Source: Escherichia coli (GTDB lineage Bacteria > Pseudomonadota > Gammaproteobacteria > Enterobacterales > Enterobacteriaceae). Taken from it: 32,000 nt of DNA. The notes under the pieces were generated by a model, which did not search any database, was not told the origin of the DNA, and worked only from the letters and a program-made list of their open reading frames with translations. The stretch lies in the NCBI RefSeq assembly GCF_047300965.1, contig NZ_CP178597.1. The stretch is one strand, 5' to 3'. Positions 11,601 to 19,888 of this stretch are shown here, piece after piece. Position 1 is the stretch's first letter. Every line of letters begins with the position of its first letter. Position numbers and translations under genes: made by a program.

Positions 11601-11689
11601 TTGCCAATACGTTAACGCCATTCGTTGGTGATGCAAACACGCAGACGCCGGAGTTTAAGTCCTTCCTTGTGAATGTGGAAAAGGTGTAA
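8639..11689 (+). CDS. fdoG: Formate dehydrogenase-O major subunit; selenoprotein read through in-frame UGA at 9224-9226
   Basis: The two ORF-track pieces (8639-9226, 9275-11689) are in one frame. Tat-like leader MQVSRRQFFKICAGGMAGTTAAALG; NQARV-U-HGPTVASLAPTFGRGAMTNHWVDIKNA spans the UGA. Full length 1016 aa including Sec196. Confidence 0.97.
9224..9270 (+). promoter_or_regulatory. Bacterial SECIS element immediately downstream of the UGA Sec codon
   Basis: TGACACGGACCAACGGTAGCAAGTCTTGCTCCAACATTTGGTCGC: outer pairing GACCAA/TTGGTC and apical stem AGCA-AGTCT-TGCT with the characteristic exposed GU-containing loop. Confidence 0.88.
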
Positions 11690-11701
11690 CGGAGACGACA
11701 T

Positions 11702-12604
11702 ATGGCTTATCAATCGCAAGATATCATTCGTCGTTCCGCGACTAACGGTCTGACCCCCGCGCCTCAGGCGCGGGACTTCCAGGAAGAAGTGGCGAAACTC
11801 ATCGACGTCACCACCTGTATCGGCTGTAAAGCCTGTCAGGTGGCGTGTTCAGAGTGGAACGACATTCGCGATACCGTCGGCAATAACATTGGGGTGTACG
11901 ACAACCCCAATGATTTAAGTGCCAAATCGTGGACGGTGATGCGCTTCTCGGAAGTGGAGCAGAACGACAAACTGGAATGGCTGATCCGCAAAGACGGCTG
12001 TATGCACTGTTCCGATCCAGGCTGTCTGAAAGCGTGCCCGGCGGAAGGTGCAATTATTCAGTATGCCAACGGTATCGTCGACTTCCAGTCCGAGCAGTGC
12101 ATTGGCTGCGGTTATTGCATTGCGGGCTGTCCGTTCGACATTCCGCGCCTCAACCCGGAAGACAACCGCGTCTACAAATGTACGCTGTGCGTTGACCGCG
12201 TGGTGGTTGGGCAAGAACCAGCCTGCGTGAAGACCTGCCCAACGGGCGCGATTCACTTCGGTACGAAAGAGTCGATGAAAACGCTGGCGAGCGAGCGCGT
12301 GGCGGAGCTGAAAACCCGCGGTTACGACAATGCGGGCCTGTACGATCCGGCAGGCGTCGGTGGTACACACGTTATGTACGTGCTGCACCATGCTGACAAG
12401 CCAAATCTGTATCATGGCTTGCCGGAGAACCCGGAAATCAGCGAAACCGTGAAATTCTGGAAAGGCATCTGGAAACCGCTCGCAGCTGTTGGCTTTGCGG
12501 CTACCTTCGCAGCCAGTATCTTCCACTACGTGGGTGTCGGTCCGAACCGTGCGGATGAGGAAGAGAATAATCTGCACGAAGAGAAAGACGAGGAGCGCAA
12601 ATGA
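11702..12604 (+). CDS. fdoH: Formate dehydrogenase-O iron-sulfur (beta) subunit
   Basis: 300 aa with four ferredoxin-like cysteine clusters ([42 protein letters not shown]) and C-terminal TM helix. Confidence 0.96.
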
Positions 12605-13236
12605 AACGACGTGACACCATCGTGCGCTACACCGCGCCGGAACGTATCAACCACTGGATCACCGCCTTCTGCTTCATCCTGGCGGCGGTGAGCGGGCTGG
12701 GCTTTTTGTTCCCGTCCTTCAACTGGTTGATGCAAATCATGGGCACACCGCAGCTGGCGCGAATTCTGCACCCGTTTGTCGGCGTGGTTATGTTTGCCTC
12801 GTTCATCATCATGTTTTTCCGTTACTGGCATCACAACCTAATCAATCGGGATGATATCTTTTGGGCGAAGAATATTCGTAAGATCGTCGTCAACGAGGAA
12901 GTAGGTGACACCGGGCGTTATAACTTCGGTCAGAAATGCGTTTTCTGGGCGGCGATTATTTTCCTGGTTCTGCTGCTGGTGAGCGGCGTGATTATCTGGC
13001 GTCCTTATTTTGCGCCTGCTTTCTCAATCCCGGTGATCCGATTCGCGTTAATGCTGCATTCATTTGCCGCAGTGGCGTTAATTGTGGTTATCATGGTGCA
13101 TATCTACGCCGCCCTTTGGGTGAAAGGCACGATTACCGCCATGGTGGAAGGATGGGTTACCAGCGCCTGGGCGAAGAAACATCACCCGCGCTGGTACCGT
13201 GAGGTCCGCAAGACAACGGAAAAGAAAGCTGAATGA
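12601..13236 (+). CDS. fdoI: Formate dehydrogenase-O cytochrome b556 (gamma) subunit
   Basis: 211 aa four-TM protein, [24 protein letters not shown]...; 4-bp overlap with fdoH. Confidence 0.95.
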
Positions 13237-14162
13237 GTATTCGCATAATCCCGCAAGATGAGCTGGGTTCGAGCGAGAAACGTACGGCGGATATGATTCC
13301 GCCGTTATTGTTCCCTCGGCTCAAGAATTTATACAACCGCCGCGCCGAGCGTCTGCGCGAGCTGGCAGAAAATAATCCGCTGGGTGATTACCTGCGCTTT
13401 GCTGCGCTTATCGCCCACGCCCAGGAAGTGGTGCTGTACGACCATCCGCTGGAGATGGATCTGACTGCGCGCATTAAAGAAGCCAGCGCACAAGGCAAGC
13501 CCCCGCTGGATATTCACGTTCTGCCGCGTGATAAGCACTGGCAAAAGCTGCTGATGGCGCTAATTGCTGAGCTGAAACCTGAAATGAGCGGCCCGGCGCT
13601 GGCAGTGATTGAGAATCTGGAGAAGGCATCGACTCAGGAGCTGGAAGATATGGCCAGCGCACTGTTTGCCTCTGATTTCTCATCCGTCAGTAGCGATAAA
13701 GCGCCGTTTATCTGGGCTGCACTGTCGCTCTACTGGGCGCAGATGGCCAATCTGATCCCCGGCAAAGCCCGCGCTGAATACGGCGAACAACGTCAATATT
13801 GCCCGGTATGTGGCTCTATGCCGGTGTCCAGCATGGTGCAAATTGGCACCACTCAGGGTCTGCGTTACCTGCACTGCAACCTGTGTGAAACTGAATGGCA
13901 CGTAGTGCGCGTAAAATGCAGCAACTGTGAGCAGAGCGGCAAACTGCATTACTGGTCGCTGGATGACGAACAGGCCGCGATTAAAGCCGAAAGCTGCGAT
14001 GACTGCGGCACTTACCTGAAAATTCTCTATCAGGAAAAAGAACCGAAAGTTGAAGCCGTGGCAGATGACCTCGCCTCTCTGGTACTGGACGCACGAATGG
14101 AGCAAGAAGGCTATGCCCGCAGTTCCATCAACCCGTTCCTGTTTCCGGGTGAAGGGGAGTAA
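13233..14162 (+). CDS. fdhE: Formate dehydrogenase accessory protein FdhE
   Basis: 309 aa with CPVCG, CNLC, CSNC, CDDC zinc/iron-binding cysteine pairs; 4-bp overlap with fdoI. Confidence 0.96.
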   Translation: MSIRIIPQDELGSSEKRTADMIPPLLFPRLKNLYNRRAERLRELAENNPLGDYLRFAALIAHAQEVVLYDHPLEMDLTARIKEASAQGKPPLDIHVLPRDKHWQKLLMALIAELKPEMSGPALAVIENLEKASTQELEDMASALFASDFSSVSSDKAPFIWAALSLYWAQMANLIPGKARAEYGEQRQYCPVCGSMPVSSMVQIGTTQGLRYLHCNLCETEWHVVRVKCSNCEQSGKLHYWSLDDEQAAIKAESCDDCGTYLKILYQEKEPKVEAVADDLASLVLDARMEQEGYARSSINPFLFPGEGE

Positions 14163-14341
14163 TCTCTGACGTTTTCCGGGTGGCGCTGGTCGCCCGGATT
14201 ACAGCTCATAGGGTGTGACGACACCATCTCTCGTATTCCGCGTTACCACCTCAAGCTATGCCGCCAGTGCCTGTTTTGCCTCAATTTACCCACCCCCACA
14301 TCAATAAGGTTATGGGTATGAGACTGATGATAAGCGTAAGA

Positions 14342-14442
14342 TTGCCTGATGCGCCGCGCTTATTAGGCCTACCAATAAACTGCAATACATTGAATTTATA
14401 AGACTTTGTAGGCCGGGTAAGGCGTTCACGCCGCATCCGGCA
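14342..14442. repeat. REP/BIME element with two REP units
   Basis: attgcctgatgcgccgcgcttattaggcctac and gtaggccgggtaaggcgttcacgccgcatccggca, opposite orientation, separated by ~35 bp. Confidence 0.85.
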
Positions 14443-14491
14443 TGAACAACGCACACGTTGTCAGCAATCTGATTGATATCATTTTTTCCCA

Positions 14492-14710
14492 TTACCATTC
14501 CTCGCGCAGCTTACGCTGGTATTCGACACCATCTTCCTCACGCCCTTGCCATATGCCAAAAGCACTGGTTCTTACTGTTTGCGATTGATTTACCAAGTAT
14601 TGATCTACCGCTTCCCGTAATAGCTCCGTGCGAGGAAGATTACGCTGCACCTCAAGATCATCAAGTTGCTTAATCACCTCATTCGATAAATCGAGTATAA
14701 TTCTGCCCAT
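14492..14710 (-). CDS. yiiF: Ribbon-helix-helix (CopG/antitoxin-like) protein YiiF
   Basis: 72 aa from internal start: [42 protein letters not shown]..., RHH fold pattern; the longer 80-aa form in the ORF track starts 24 nt upstream. Confidence 0.8.
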   Translation of the reverse strand: MGRIILDLSNEVIKQLDDLEVQRNLPRTELLREAVDQYLVNQSQTVRTSAFGIWQGREEDGVEYQRKLREEW

Positions 14711-14950
14711 ATCAATACCTGCCAGAGAGTTCATAAATATTTGACCAATATCATTTGATATCTATGGAGAGAAAAGTACCCTTGTCGAATCTTTAAAGAA
14801 AGCGCATTTACGCATCATTTTTTATTTTTGCGAGGCGTTTTCCAGATATGATGTAACAGTTGCAGTTATTATAAGTTCAAGTAAAACAGTCTTGTATTAA
14901 TACCAGAATAAGGGCATCTGTTTTTTATATTCAAGAATGAAAAATTTTTG

Positions 14951-15169
14951 TCATTCCTTATGCTCCTTACACTGATCATCAACACCAACTACCTCCCCCT
15001 TTTGCCTGCCTCCCTTTGCTTTACGCACCGGGAATTGCTGACGTTCCAGATATTGCTCTACCGCTTCGCGTAAAATTGCAGATCGTGAAACCTTACGCCA
15101 GCCCCGAAGCTTGTTCAGCCGTTTAATTGCCTCTTCTGATAAATGAAGAAAAACCGTATTCATCGCCAT
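14951..15169 (-). CDS. yiiE: Ribbon-helix-helix (CopG/antitoxin-like) protein YiiE
   Basis: 72 aa MAMNTVFLHLSEEAIKRLNKLRGWRKVSRSAILREAVEQYLERQQF...; same domain pattern as YiiF. Upstream ATG at 15196 is an alternative start. Confidence 0.8.
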   Translation of the reverse strand: MAMNTVFLHLSEEAIKRLNKLRGWRKVSRSAILREAVEQYLERQQFPVRKAKGGRQKGEVVGVDDQCKEHKE

Positions 15170-15674
15170 TACCACCACCTTACATATATTACTCATTAAT
15201 GTATGTGCGAAAATTACGCCGGAAAATTAATTAACGAAAGCGGATTTTTGCATGTTGTTTTGTTTTTGCGAGACGTTTTCCAGAAATAATAAGAGCGTTG
15301 CAGTTGTTTCATTTGTTACTCAAAAATGGTTTAGTTATCGCCCAGGATGAGTTATGGGTGCTATGAATATATTATATTCAGGGATATTTATTTGCATAAT
15401 CTGAATGGTGTAGCCGAAAAACGTCAGCATCCTAACAGCACCAGGATTTAAGGTGAAATTAATCTTCCATCACAGACCGGTCAGTACTGCCACCAACCGG
15501 TCTTTACTTGCTCATCGTTATAATTTTGTTGGTAACAGTTCGGGAAACAAGGAATTCCTTCCGGAACACCCCCGGCATCATCCGATAGCATTGACGTCAA
15601 TCATCGGCTCGACGGTGAGTTTTTTTAATCGCATCATAGGGTGGCAACGCTCAGCACGATACGGGTCATAACAA

Positions 15675-15714
15675 AACTCCTGAGCAGCGGCACTATGCCG
15701 CTTTCACAGGAGTT
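15675..15714 (-). terminator. Probable rho-independent terminator downstream of the HigA-like gene
   Basis: On the minus strand: AACTCCTG-TGAA-AGCGGC-ATAGT-GCCGCT-GCT-CAGGAGTT followed by TTGTT; perfect outer (8 bp) and inner (6 bp) stems. Confidence 0.6.
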
Positions 15715-15779
15715 CTGAATGCTAGTGCTTTCTGTATGGCATAACCATGCCTCTAACGGTTAAGTGCTTGCAGCACATG
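15675..15779. repeat. Imperfect direct repeat copy A: long hairpin, 14-codon ORF and antitoxin 3' end
   Basis: aactcctgagcagcggcactatgccgctttcacaggagttctgaatgctagtgctttctgtatggcataaccatgcctctaacggttaagtgcttgca aligns without gaps to 17491-17588. Confidence 0.85.
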
Positions 15780-16043
15780 TTGCGGATCATTGGCAATCGC
15801 TCGCAGCAAAGCCTTTGCAGGCCCGGTCGGTGAACGTCGCCCCTGCTCCCAGTTACGCAACGTGTCTACGCTTACAGAAATAAGATCGGCAAATTTAGAT
15901 TGTGACAACCCTGAAGCGCGGCGTATTTCTTTGATTTTCATAGCATCAACTTCAAAAGTCCGCGAAGGCTGTCGCGTTCCTTCAATAATTTCATTCATCT
16001 GGGCCATGCTGTGAGTCAACCGCTCAAAAAGTGCCTTATCCAT
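15753..16043 (-). CDS. HigA/NadS-like HTH antitoxin
   Basis: 96 aa with Xre-type HTH: MKIKEIRRASGLSQSKFADLISVSVDTLRNWEQGRRSPTGPAKALLRAI; start codon directly abuts the toxin stop codon (16044-16046). Confidence 0.85.
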   Translation of the reverse strand: MDKALFERLTHSMAQMNEIIEGTRQPSRTFEVDAMKIKEIRRASGLSQSKFADLISVSVDTLRNWEQGRRSPTGPAKALLRAIANDPQHVLQALNR

Positions 16044-16355
16044 TTACCACCTCGTATTTAACAACCGGAGCATTGCTTTTTCCTGGGGAGACAGATCATC
16101 TTTAATACCCTTACGATAAATAAGCAGTAATCTGATCTCATAATGTTTAACCTGATGAAAGTAAATAACCCTGACACCAGCACGTTTCCCCTTTCCTCCT
16201 GACACCCATCGAACCTTTCTTAACCCACCAGTTTCAGGTATTACCTCACCATAGTCAGGATTCAAGGCCAGGAAAAACTGAAAACGACTGAATTCATCGT
16301 CGGTCAGCAGTTTTTGAACATCTTCAGTAAAAATTTCCGTTTCGATGAAGAGCAT
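16044..16355 (-). CDS. HigB/RelE-superfamily toxin
   Basis: 103 aa MLFIETEIFTEDVQKLLTDDEFSRFQFFLALNPDYGEVIPETGGLRKVRWVSGGKGKRAGVRVIYFHQ...RLLLIYRKGIKDDLSPQEKAML; typical RelE/HigB-like GGLRKVRW...GK.GG-like pattern; toxin-first order. Confidence 0.85.
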   Translation of the reverse strand: MLFIETEIFTEDVQKLLTDDEFSRFQFFLALNPDYGEVIPETGGLRKVRWVSGGKGKRAGVRVIYFHQVKHYEIRLLLIYRKGIKDDLSPQEKAMLRLLNTRW

Positions 16356-16508
16356 AATTATACGCCATTGGCTTAGAGTAACAATCCTTTTTGTACGTCA
16401 TTGACGTACCCTTGAAACCACTAGCTTACTGATAGTGCTCCAGCAAAACCACGTCTCTGCCGGGTTTGTCTTTACATTTGCGAGGCGCTTTCCAGATTTT
16501 TCACGCCC

Positions 16509-17492
16509 GTGAATTTCCCGGTATCCATCCAGCAAAAACGGGTGTATAAAACTGTACATCCATACAGCAAAATGAGTTCTACTATGGCACTGGAAAAAGG
16601 AATTGCAGAGTTAGTCGAAGAGTTTATCGCTGCGGGTCGCCCCTCATCGCGTCAACAAAGTATTGCGCAGCGCAGGGAGGGCTATATCGCCAGCGCTGTC
16701 CTTGCGGGTGAGACAGAAACGCGGGTAGATATTCAGACTATCGAACTTGAAGGGATGACCTTACGAATAGTGTCGCCGCTTAATGCCCCGACATTACTCC
16801 CGACGATAATTTATTACTACGGTGGCTGTTTTGTTAGCGGCGGGTTCGCAACTCACGACAACCAGCTGCGCCAGTTAGCCTATTACGGGCAATGTCGTGT
16901 TATTGCCGTCCAGTATCGGCTGGCACCGGAACATACTTTCCCCGCCGCCCATGATGATGCGCAACGAGGTGCAGAATTAGTCTGGCAACACGCCGAACGA
17001 CTCGGCGTTGATAAACAACGGATAACTCTTGCCGGTGACAGTGCGGGCGGACATCTGGCGCTGGTAACTGCTTTGCGATTAAAGCGTACTGGCGAGTGGC
17101 AACCGGCACAACTCATCTTAATTTATCCCATGCTTGATGCGACTGCGCATTTCGAAAGCTACATACGCAATGGTCACGATTACATCATCACACGCGACAC
17201 TTTACTGAGCGGCTTTGAGATGTATCTGCCAGGCATTGAACGCAGGCATCCTGAAGCCAGCCCTCTTTGGCGCGATGATTTCAATGGCTTGCCACCTGTA
17301 CATATCATTACCGCTGAATACGACCCGCTTTGCGATGAAGGTGAAGCGTTGTATCACCGCATGACAGGGCAAGGAGTACAATGCACCTGCCAACGCTACC
17401 TTGGCGTTATCCACGGATTTTTTCAGTTAGGTGGTATCAGTGAGGCTGCGCGATCGGCGCTGCGGGATGTGGCCTGGAGAGCGGGAAGGTAA
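16509..17492 (+). CDS. HSL/acetyl-esterase-type alpha/beta hydrolase with altered HGGG motif
   Basis: 327 aa (true start may be 16572 or 16587): IIYYYGGCFVSGG, YRLAPEHTFPAA, GDSAGGH nucleophile elbow, EYDPLCDEG, HGFFQL. Confidence 0.85.
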   Translation: MNFPVSIQQKRVYKTVHPYSKMSSTMALEKGIAELVEEFIAAGRPSSRQQSIAQRREGYIASAVLAGETETRVDIQTIELEGMTLRIVSPLNAPTLLPTIIYYYGGCFVSGGFATHDNQLRQLAYYGQCRVIAVQYRLAPEHTFPAAHDDAQRGAELVWQHAERLGVDKQRITLAGDSAGGHLALVTALRLKRTGEWQPAQLILIYPMLDATAHFESYIRNGHDYIITRDTLLSGFEMYLPGIERRHPEASPLWRDDFNGLPPVHIITAEYDPLCDEGEALYHRMTGQGVQCTCQRYLGVIHGFFQLGGISEAARSALRDVAWRAGR

Positions 17493-17595
17493 CTCCTGAG
17501 CAGCGGCACTATGCCGCTTTCACAGGAGTTCTGAATGCTGGTGCTTTCTGTATGGCTTCGCCATGCCCCTCGCGGCTAAGCGCCTGCACACATCT
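17491..17595. repeat. Imperfect direct repeat copy B, starting within the hydrolase stop codon
   Basis: aactcctgagcagcggcactatgccgctttcacaggagttctgaatgctggtgctttctgtatggcttcgccatgcccctcgcggctaagcgcctgca; first 49 nt identical to copy A. Confidence 0.85.
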
Positions 17596-17659
17596 CTCTT
17601 TGTATTTCATTTTTGCAATGCATTGGCCGAATTCTGATAATCCTAATGAGTTTTACTCT

Positions 17660-19474
17660 TCAGACTCCCATCCCTACGGTATACGAGTTAGATTCATGAA
17701 TGAAATCGACATTTTTAAAAAACGAATCTTGTAAAACATCCGTGTTGATATTACCTTGCAACCCAACATTAAATTTGTTAGAGAGATGAAGAACTCGAAT
17801 ATCAAAAAGGTCTTTTAACATCATTACTTCTTCGGCTGTTAATGAATCGCAACTAAAATATCCCTGTTGATCAAAAAGATTTTCTATTTCTCTACCATCG
17901 GCGAGGCGTTTTTCAAGGAGTGTTTGCAACATCGAGTTGCCAAGGACAATGGATATCGTGCGATCTTTCGCAGATTTACACCCCATCACAACGGCAACAT
18001 TCGTATCCCCCCCAGAAGTTTCATTTATCGCTGTCGCTAAAATGGTGGTCAAACACGCAAACGGAACTGTATTTCTTTCGTGATTTAATTTATCTACCAG
18101 TTCATTCCATTTATCAAAAGCCGGGCTATATTTGTTGCGCACAGAAATATCCGACTGGTTAAACAATTCAGCCATGCGATTTTTTATCATCTCGATATCC
18201 GGCGAACCAGAAAGACTTTGCGCATAATACGGTCCTGATGATGTTGCATACATTAAAGCCGAGCCCACACCTGTCGCCATGATGGGCGCAGCCACGGTTT
18301 TGGCAAGGGCGACGCTGCGATGGCTATGCGCTTCACAGGCTAAAGGAACATATTCCACTGACTGCGGTAATTCCTTACATGCCTCCCTCATCATTGCGGT
18401 ATGCTTTACAAACAACGGTTTTTCACTGCCCAAAAAAACTTTCTGCTTAATTGCACTAAGAAAACGTAAATCAAAAATGATTGTTTTTGGTTTATTATTT
18501 TTTGGTACATTTCCTGTTATCCCGCTAAGAACCTTCCTTGCTGCATGGAGATTTTTTTGCACAGCACATAACACAATTGATGAAGCCTTCTCTACTTCGT
18601 CATTGATTTTAATTTTAAAATCCGCATGATATACGTTGACGGGCAATGCAAGTATGTCTGGCGCTACATCTTTGGCTGAGTATTTATTGGTGATCGACGG
18701 CCGTGAATCCACGAGAAAACTTAGCTGCAAATTATGCTCTATATTACCAGCTGTTTTTGTGGTGTGATTAAACATAGAGATGCCACCTCTCATTCTTTCA
18801 CACATATCCTCAACTTTTTCACTTCGTTCTTGTGGCAATTTGGCTTTAACGTTAATTTGATGATTTTTACCCGTGCATTCCTTAACTACAAGGGGAATGT
18901 TATCTAAAGTGCCATACAGGCTAATAACGTCACCAGGATTTTTATCATGTAAGTAAGTTTGATTAATACTTGAAGCATTCACAAAGAGGTCAATATTATA
19001 ACTGTTTATAACTTCACCTACATCAAATGTATAGTGCTTACTCTGGAGACTGCCATCCTTATTTAATTGTATATCAATCAATATATCCCCGGACTTTGTC
19101 ACCATATCTTTGCCATAAACCATTTGCATAGCCATTTCGAGGAGATTTTTATCTAACTGATTGCGGACGTTGAGTAAGCGGCTACCAAATAATTTATATA
19201 CTGTTCCCGTCATTGCCAGGGCTGCGCTTTCTGGTACTTTGCGTTTCCACAGTGAGGTTTCTCTATTTTTAAACAGGTCATATTCATTATTACTCGACAA
19301 ACCATATTTCAGTTCGTTAACACAATGGAACAGTTGTTCCTCACCTTCCATTTTAAGGCAAAGTGAAAATTGATTTAATAGCGTTTGCTTCGGTGATTTA
19401 TTTCTCATTAGTTGTTTTTCTAAATTAACAACAGAATAACTTTCTTGTTGAATGAGATTAATATTGGTAACCAT
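17660..19474 (-). CDS. Orphan protein with CX5R phosphatase signature, distant SopB/IpgD-like candidate
   Basis: 604 aa from MVTNINLIQQESYS (upstream GGAGA; the ORF-track form starts at 19504). Contains GCKSAKDRTISIVLG near the C-terminus, resembling the CKSGKDRTG catalytic loop of SopB/IpgD, plus a later NKFNVGLQGN segment. Visibly AT-rich compared with neighbours. Confidence 0.55.
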   Translation of the reverse strand: MVTNINLIQQESYSVVNLEKQLMRNKSPKQTLLNQFSLCLKMEGEEQLFHCVNELKYGLSSNNEYDLFKNRETSLWKRKVPESAALAMTGTVYKLFGSRLLNVRNQLDKNLLEMAMQMVYGKDMVTKSGDILIDIQLNKDGSLQSKHYTFDVGEVINSYNIDLFVNASSINQTYLHDKNPGDVISLYGTLDNIPLVVKECTGKNHQINVKAKLPQERSEKVEDMCERMRGGISMFNHTTKTAGNIEHNLQLSFLVDSRPSITNKYSAKDVAPDILALPVNVYHADFKIKINDEVEKASSIVLCAVQKNLHAARKVLSGITGNVPKNNKPKTIIFDLRFLSAIKQKVFLGSEKPLFVKHTAMMREACKELPQSVEYVPLACEAHSHRSVALAKTVAAPIMATGVGSALMYATSSGPYYAQSLSGSPDIEMIKNRMAELFNQSDISVRNKYSPAFDKWNELVDKLNHERNTVPFACLTTILATAINETSGGDTNVAVVMGCKSAKDRTISIVLGNSMLQTLLEKRLADGREIENLFDQQGYFSCDSLTAEEVMMLKDLFDIRVLHLSNKFNVGLQGNINTDVLQDSFFKNVDFIHESNSYTVGMGV

Positions 19475-19888
19475 TACAGTCTCCTTCCCACGGTTTAAGA
19501 GCAAACATGCTACATAATTATTTATAACATCCAGAGCAGTAAATGAATGATACTGACAATGATGCTAGTCCATTATCTTTGCATAATATTTGTTAGCTAT
19601 AGATTTTAAAAATATTTATGAGAAAAGTATGGCACCAGAGGGTGTGTTGACTATCAAAAATCGCTCAAACATGAACTAAGAAGATGAATTAAGCATTATC
19701 TGCGATAATTGCCATACAGCTCTACAAATAATATTTAAATGCTCCTGAATAGTGATGTAGCAAGACACGTATGGAGCCAACGAAGAATAAAAATTTATAG
19801 AGTTCTTATTCAATATAACCGGAATAGTCAGGGGCTGATGTAAATGACCGGAATGAGTAAGAGAGGCAGCACCGCCCCTCTCCATCAG

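Noticed and set aside
11915-12577. 220-aa ORF antisense to fdoH
   Set aside because: Shadow ORF; its cysteine/histidine-rich composition mirrors the ferredoxin clusters on the sense strand.
14342-14442. Palindromic repeats that might suggest a CRISPR array or transposon end
   Set aside because: Sequence matches ordinary REP/BIME units; only two units, in inverted arrangement, no spacers and no cas genes.
17552-17734. Plus-strand 60-aa ORF downstream of repeat copy B
   Set aside because: No good start context or family similarity; overlaps the 3' end of the CX5R gene and composition looks random.
17901-17940. Possible fourth copy of the TTTGCGAGGCGTTTTCCAG element (ccatcggcgaggcgtttttcaagg)
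   Set aside because: Lies inside the coding sequence of the CX5R protein, match is weaker, flanks do not align; treated as chance similarity.
14163-19888. Insertion sequence or integrase-driven island in the accessory region
   Set aside because: No transposase, integrase, tRNA attachment site or clear terminal inverted repeats visible; the only bounding structure is the pair of imperfect direct repeats reported above.
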